Origin: Escherichia coli
GTDB lineage: Bacteria > Pseudomonadota > Gammaproteobacteria > Enterobacterales > Enterobacteriaceae
Assembly: GCF_024502345.1 (NCBI RefSeq)
Contig: NZ_JALDNN010000001.1
Reading direction: 5' to 3' (one strand)
DNA length: 64,000 nt
Positions 60,820 to 64,000 of this stretch are shown here, piece after piece (the first letter of the stretch is position 1; every line of letters begins with the position of its first letter). Both the position numbers and the translations under genes were made by a program. The notes under the pieces were generated by a model, which did no database searches, had not been told where the DNA came from, and worked only from the letters and a program-made list of their open reading frames with translations.

Positions 60820-62020
60820 CATAACGGGTCACGATCTCGTCGAGTAATAATTGGCCAAGGAGCTCTTTGCGCTCAAGCGGTAAGACTTTATCTCCGTCCT
60901 GCCAGAAAAGGTGTAATGCGTTGTTGTCGCTGTTAAATCCTTGAGTTGGCTGGGAAACATCGTTCGCGCAGATCATATCAAGGTTTTTACGGATACGTTT
61001 TTGCCGGGCGTATTCTTCCACATTATTTGTTTCGGCGGCAAATCCAACGACGTAGGGGCGATGGTCTTTTAGTGCGGCAACGCCTGCGACGATATCGGGG
61101 TTTTTAACCATTTTTATTGTTAATTCATCACCCTGCGTGGCCTGCTTTTTGATTTTTTCTGGGGCCACGGTAGCTGCGCGATAATCCGCCACGGCGGCGC
61201 AGCCGATAAAAATATTTTGCTGCTGTACAGAAGCATTCACGGTGGCTTCCATTTCCAGCGCGGTCATCACATCAACACGTTTAACAAACGGTGGCGTCGG
61301 TAGTGAAACCGGACCTGATATCAGCGTGACGTTCGCGCCACGACGGGCAGCGGCGGCGGCGATAGCAAAACCCATCTTGCCGGAGCTGTGATTAGAGATA
61401 TAACGCACCGGATCGAGCGGTTCACGCGTCGGGCCGGCGGTAATCATAATGTTCAGATGTTTCAGGTCGTTGACGGGCGAAAAATGCGCCACCGCCATAT
61501 CCACAATGGTTAACGGATCGAGCATTCGCCCAGGACCGATATCACCACAAGCCTGACTGCCACTGTCTGGCCCCCAGATGAGCAAACCACGGGAAGCAAG
61601 CACCTCTAAATTATGCTGCGTGGCAGCGGCACGGTACATCTGCTGGTTCATGGCGGGGATCACGGCTACAGGCGCAGGTGTAGCCAGACAAATCGTCGAT
61701 ACCAGGTCATTCGCCATTCCGGCAGCAACACGGGCAATCAAATCTGCCGTGGCAGGGGCGAGAATCACTAAATCAGCCCATTTACCCAGCTCAATATGGC
61801 CCATAGCGGCTTCGGCTGCCGGGTCCAGCAGACTGTCGGAAACGGGATAACCAGAAACCGCCTGCAAGCTAAGTGGGGTGATAAAGGCTTTTGCCGCTTC
61901 GGTCATGGCTACGCGGACGTCGGCCCCGCGATCGCGCAAACGACGCACCAGTTCAGGGGTTTTATAGGCAGCAATACCGCCGCTAACGCCGAGAACGATT
62001 TTTTTACCGGCCAGGCTCAT
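60800..62020 (-). CDS. coaBC: bifunctional phosphopantothenoylcysteine decarboxylase/synthetase
   Basis: Start trimmed to [20 protein letters not shown], giving 406 aa. Confidence 0.95.
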   Translation of the reverse strand: MSLAGKKIVLGVSGGIAAYKTPELVRRLRDRGADVRVAMTEAAKAFITPLSLQAVSGYPVSDSLLDPAAEAAMGHIELGKWADLVILAPATADLIARVAAGMANDLVSTICLATPAPVAVIPAMNQQMYRAAATQHNLEVLASRGLLIWGPDSGSQACGDIGPGRMLDPLTIVDMAVAHFSPVNDLKHLNIMITAGPTREPLDPVRYISNHSSGKMGFAIAAAAARRGANVTLISGPVSLPTPPFVKRVDVMTALEMEATVNASVQQQNIFIGCAAVADYRAATVAPEKIKKQATQGDELTIKMVKNPDIVAGVAALKDHRPYVVGFAAETNNVEEYARQKRIRKNLDMICANDVSQPTQGFNSDNNALHLFWQDGDKVLPLERKELLGQLLLDEIVTRYDEKNRR

Positions 62021-62191
62021 GATGATTTTTCCTGTTGGGTGACACCAGAAGTTGGCGATTTTATCACAATACTTTTGTTGTCGTGCCTTCACCTGAGAAT
62101 CACTTTGCGAGGCGCTTTCCAGGATTGAAAACTGGCCGTCGATTTAACGGAACGGCTATGACAGGATGCGAGCACCACAAAGGAGGTGAAG

Positions 62192-62860
62192 GTGAAAAAC
62201 AATGCACAGCTGTTGATGCCGCGCGAAAAAATGCTGAAGTTTGGTATTAGCGCCTTAACGGATGTCGAGCTGCTGGCGCTATTTCTGCGTACCGGAACGC
62301 GCGGTAAAGATGTATTAACCCTGGCAAAAGAGATGCTGGAGAATTTCGGCTCTCTTTATGGCTTGTTAACCTCTGAATATGAACAATTTAGTGGTGTTCA
62401 TGGAATTGGCGTGGCGAAATTTGCCCAGTTAAAGGGGATTGCTGAACTGGCGCGGCGTTACTACAACGTGCGGATGCGTGAAGAAAGCCCTTTACTCAGC
62501 CCGGAGATGACGCGGGAATTTTTACAAAGCCAGCTCACGGGTGAGGAGCGGGAGATCTTTATGGTGATCTTTCTCGACTCACAACACCGGGTTATAACGC
62601 ATAGCCGTCTTTTTTCCGGCACGCTAAACCATGTTGAAGTCCATCCTCGGGAAATTATCCGCGAAGCGATAAAAATAAACGCCTCGGCGCTGATCCTTGC
62701 ACATAATCACCCTTCGGGTTGTGCTGAACCCAGTAAAGCGGATAAACTCATTACTGAACGGATAATAAAGAGTTGTCAGTTCATGGATTTACGCGTGCTC
62801 GACCATATCGTGATTGGGCGTGGAGAGTATGTTTCTTTTGCCGAACGCGGCTGGATTTAA
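62192..62860 (+). CDS. radC: RadC-family JAB-domain protein
   Basis: JAMM motif HNHPSG; GTG start 5 nt downstream of an AGGAGG ribosome-binding site. Confidence 0.9.
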
Positions 62861-63055
62861 CCCGCTATGCGCGATCCTTCGGGATCTTTGTCTGTTCGGG
62901 ACTTGAGCACATCGCTGAGTCAGCGTATACTACGCCACCTTTGAGAATCTCGGGTTTGGCATTTGGGCCTGGCAATCGAGAGTTCACATAGAACTGCGAT
63001 GACCGGGCTGTAAAGCCTGACGAGGCGCCAATACCCCATACGAAGCTCGAGCTAA

Positions 63056-63313
<258 letters not shown>

Positions 63314-63330
63314 GTACTTAGAGGAAATAA

Positions 63331-63501
<171 letters not shown>

Positions 63502-63520
63502 TTCTCGCTTTGATGTAACA

Positions 63521-63550
63521 AAAAACCTCGCTCCGGCGGGGTTTTTTGTT
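63521..63550 (+). terminator. rpmBG rho-independent terminator
   Basis: CCTCGCTCCGGCGGGG hairpin followed by a T6 run. Confidence 0.8.
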
Positions 63551-63598
63551 ATCTGCTTGCCCCCATATTGACTGCATCTGTTCATTCCTGGAGATGCT

Positions 63599-64000
63599 AT
63601 GCCTGAATTACCCGAAGTTGAAACCAGCCGTCGCGGCATAGAACCGCATCTCGTTGGTGCAACCATTCTTCATGCGGTGGTGCGCAACGGACGCTTGCGC
63701 TGGCCGGTTTCAGAAGAGATCTACCGATTAAGCGATCAACCAGTGCTTAGCGTGCAGCGGCGGGCTAAATATCTGCTGCTGGAGCTGCCTGAGGGCTGGA
63801 TTATCATTCATTTGGGGATGTCTGGCAGCCTGCGCATCCTTCCAGAAGAACTTCCCCCTGAAAAGCATGACCATGTGGATTTGGTGATGAGCAACGGCAA
63901 AGTGCTGCGCTACACCGATCCGCGCCGCTTTGGTGCCTGGCTGTGGACCAAAGAGCTGGAAGGGCATAATGTGCTGGCCCATCTTGGACCGGAGCCGCTT
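63599..64000 (+). CDS. mutM: formamidopyrimidine-DNA glycosylase, 5-prime partial (runs off the window)
   Basis: Translation [36 protein letters not shown]... Confidence 0.9.

Overview
This window is an Escherichia coli chromosomal segment, in reverse orientation relative to the K-12 map, and every call below is made by reading translations and motifs with no database search. The conserved backbone runs glvG (pseudogene), yidL-K-J-I-H-G-F, emrD, tisB/istR, ivbL-ilvBN, uhpABCT, ade, adeQ, yicN, nepI, yicS, nlpA, yicL, setC, selC, yicJ, yicI, yicH, xanP, gltS, recG, trmH, spoT, rpoZ, gmk, ligB, yicG, yicC, rph, pyrE, slmA, dut, coaBC, radC, rpmB-rpmG and the start of mutM. Several ORF-track starts are over-extended at the N-terminus and were trimmed to the start codon that matches the E. 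coli protein as I remember it. The accessory content is: (1) an island of about 8.8 kb at the 3-prime end of tRNA-Sec (selC), roughly 27.1-35.9 kb, holding a P4-type integrase plus a second integrase remnant, a HAD-type 5-prime-nucleotidase-like gene, an unknown gene split by IS5, a CP4-like remnant with a CbtA-family toxin but no antitoxin, and a RhuM-family gene; (2) an IS30 copy inserted in setC; (3) an integrase islet of about 2.7 kb between yicG and yicC with an unrecognised 226-aa cargo ORF; (4) a 288-aa ORF wedged between gltS and recG; (5) an apparent frameshift in ligB. The best candidates for an undescribed system are the divergent nucleotidase-like/unknown gene pair in the selC island and the 226-aa cargo of the yicG-yicC islet; neither can be assigned a function from sequence alone. 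No CRISPR array or rRNA was seen.
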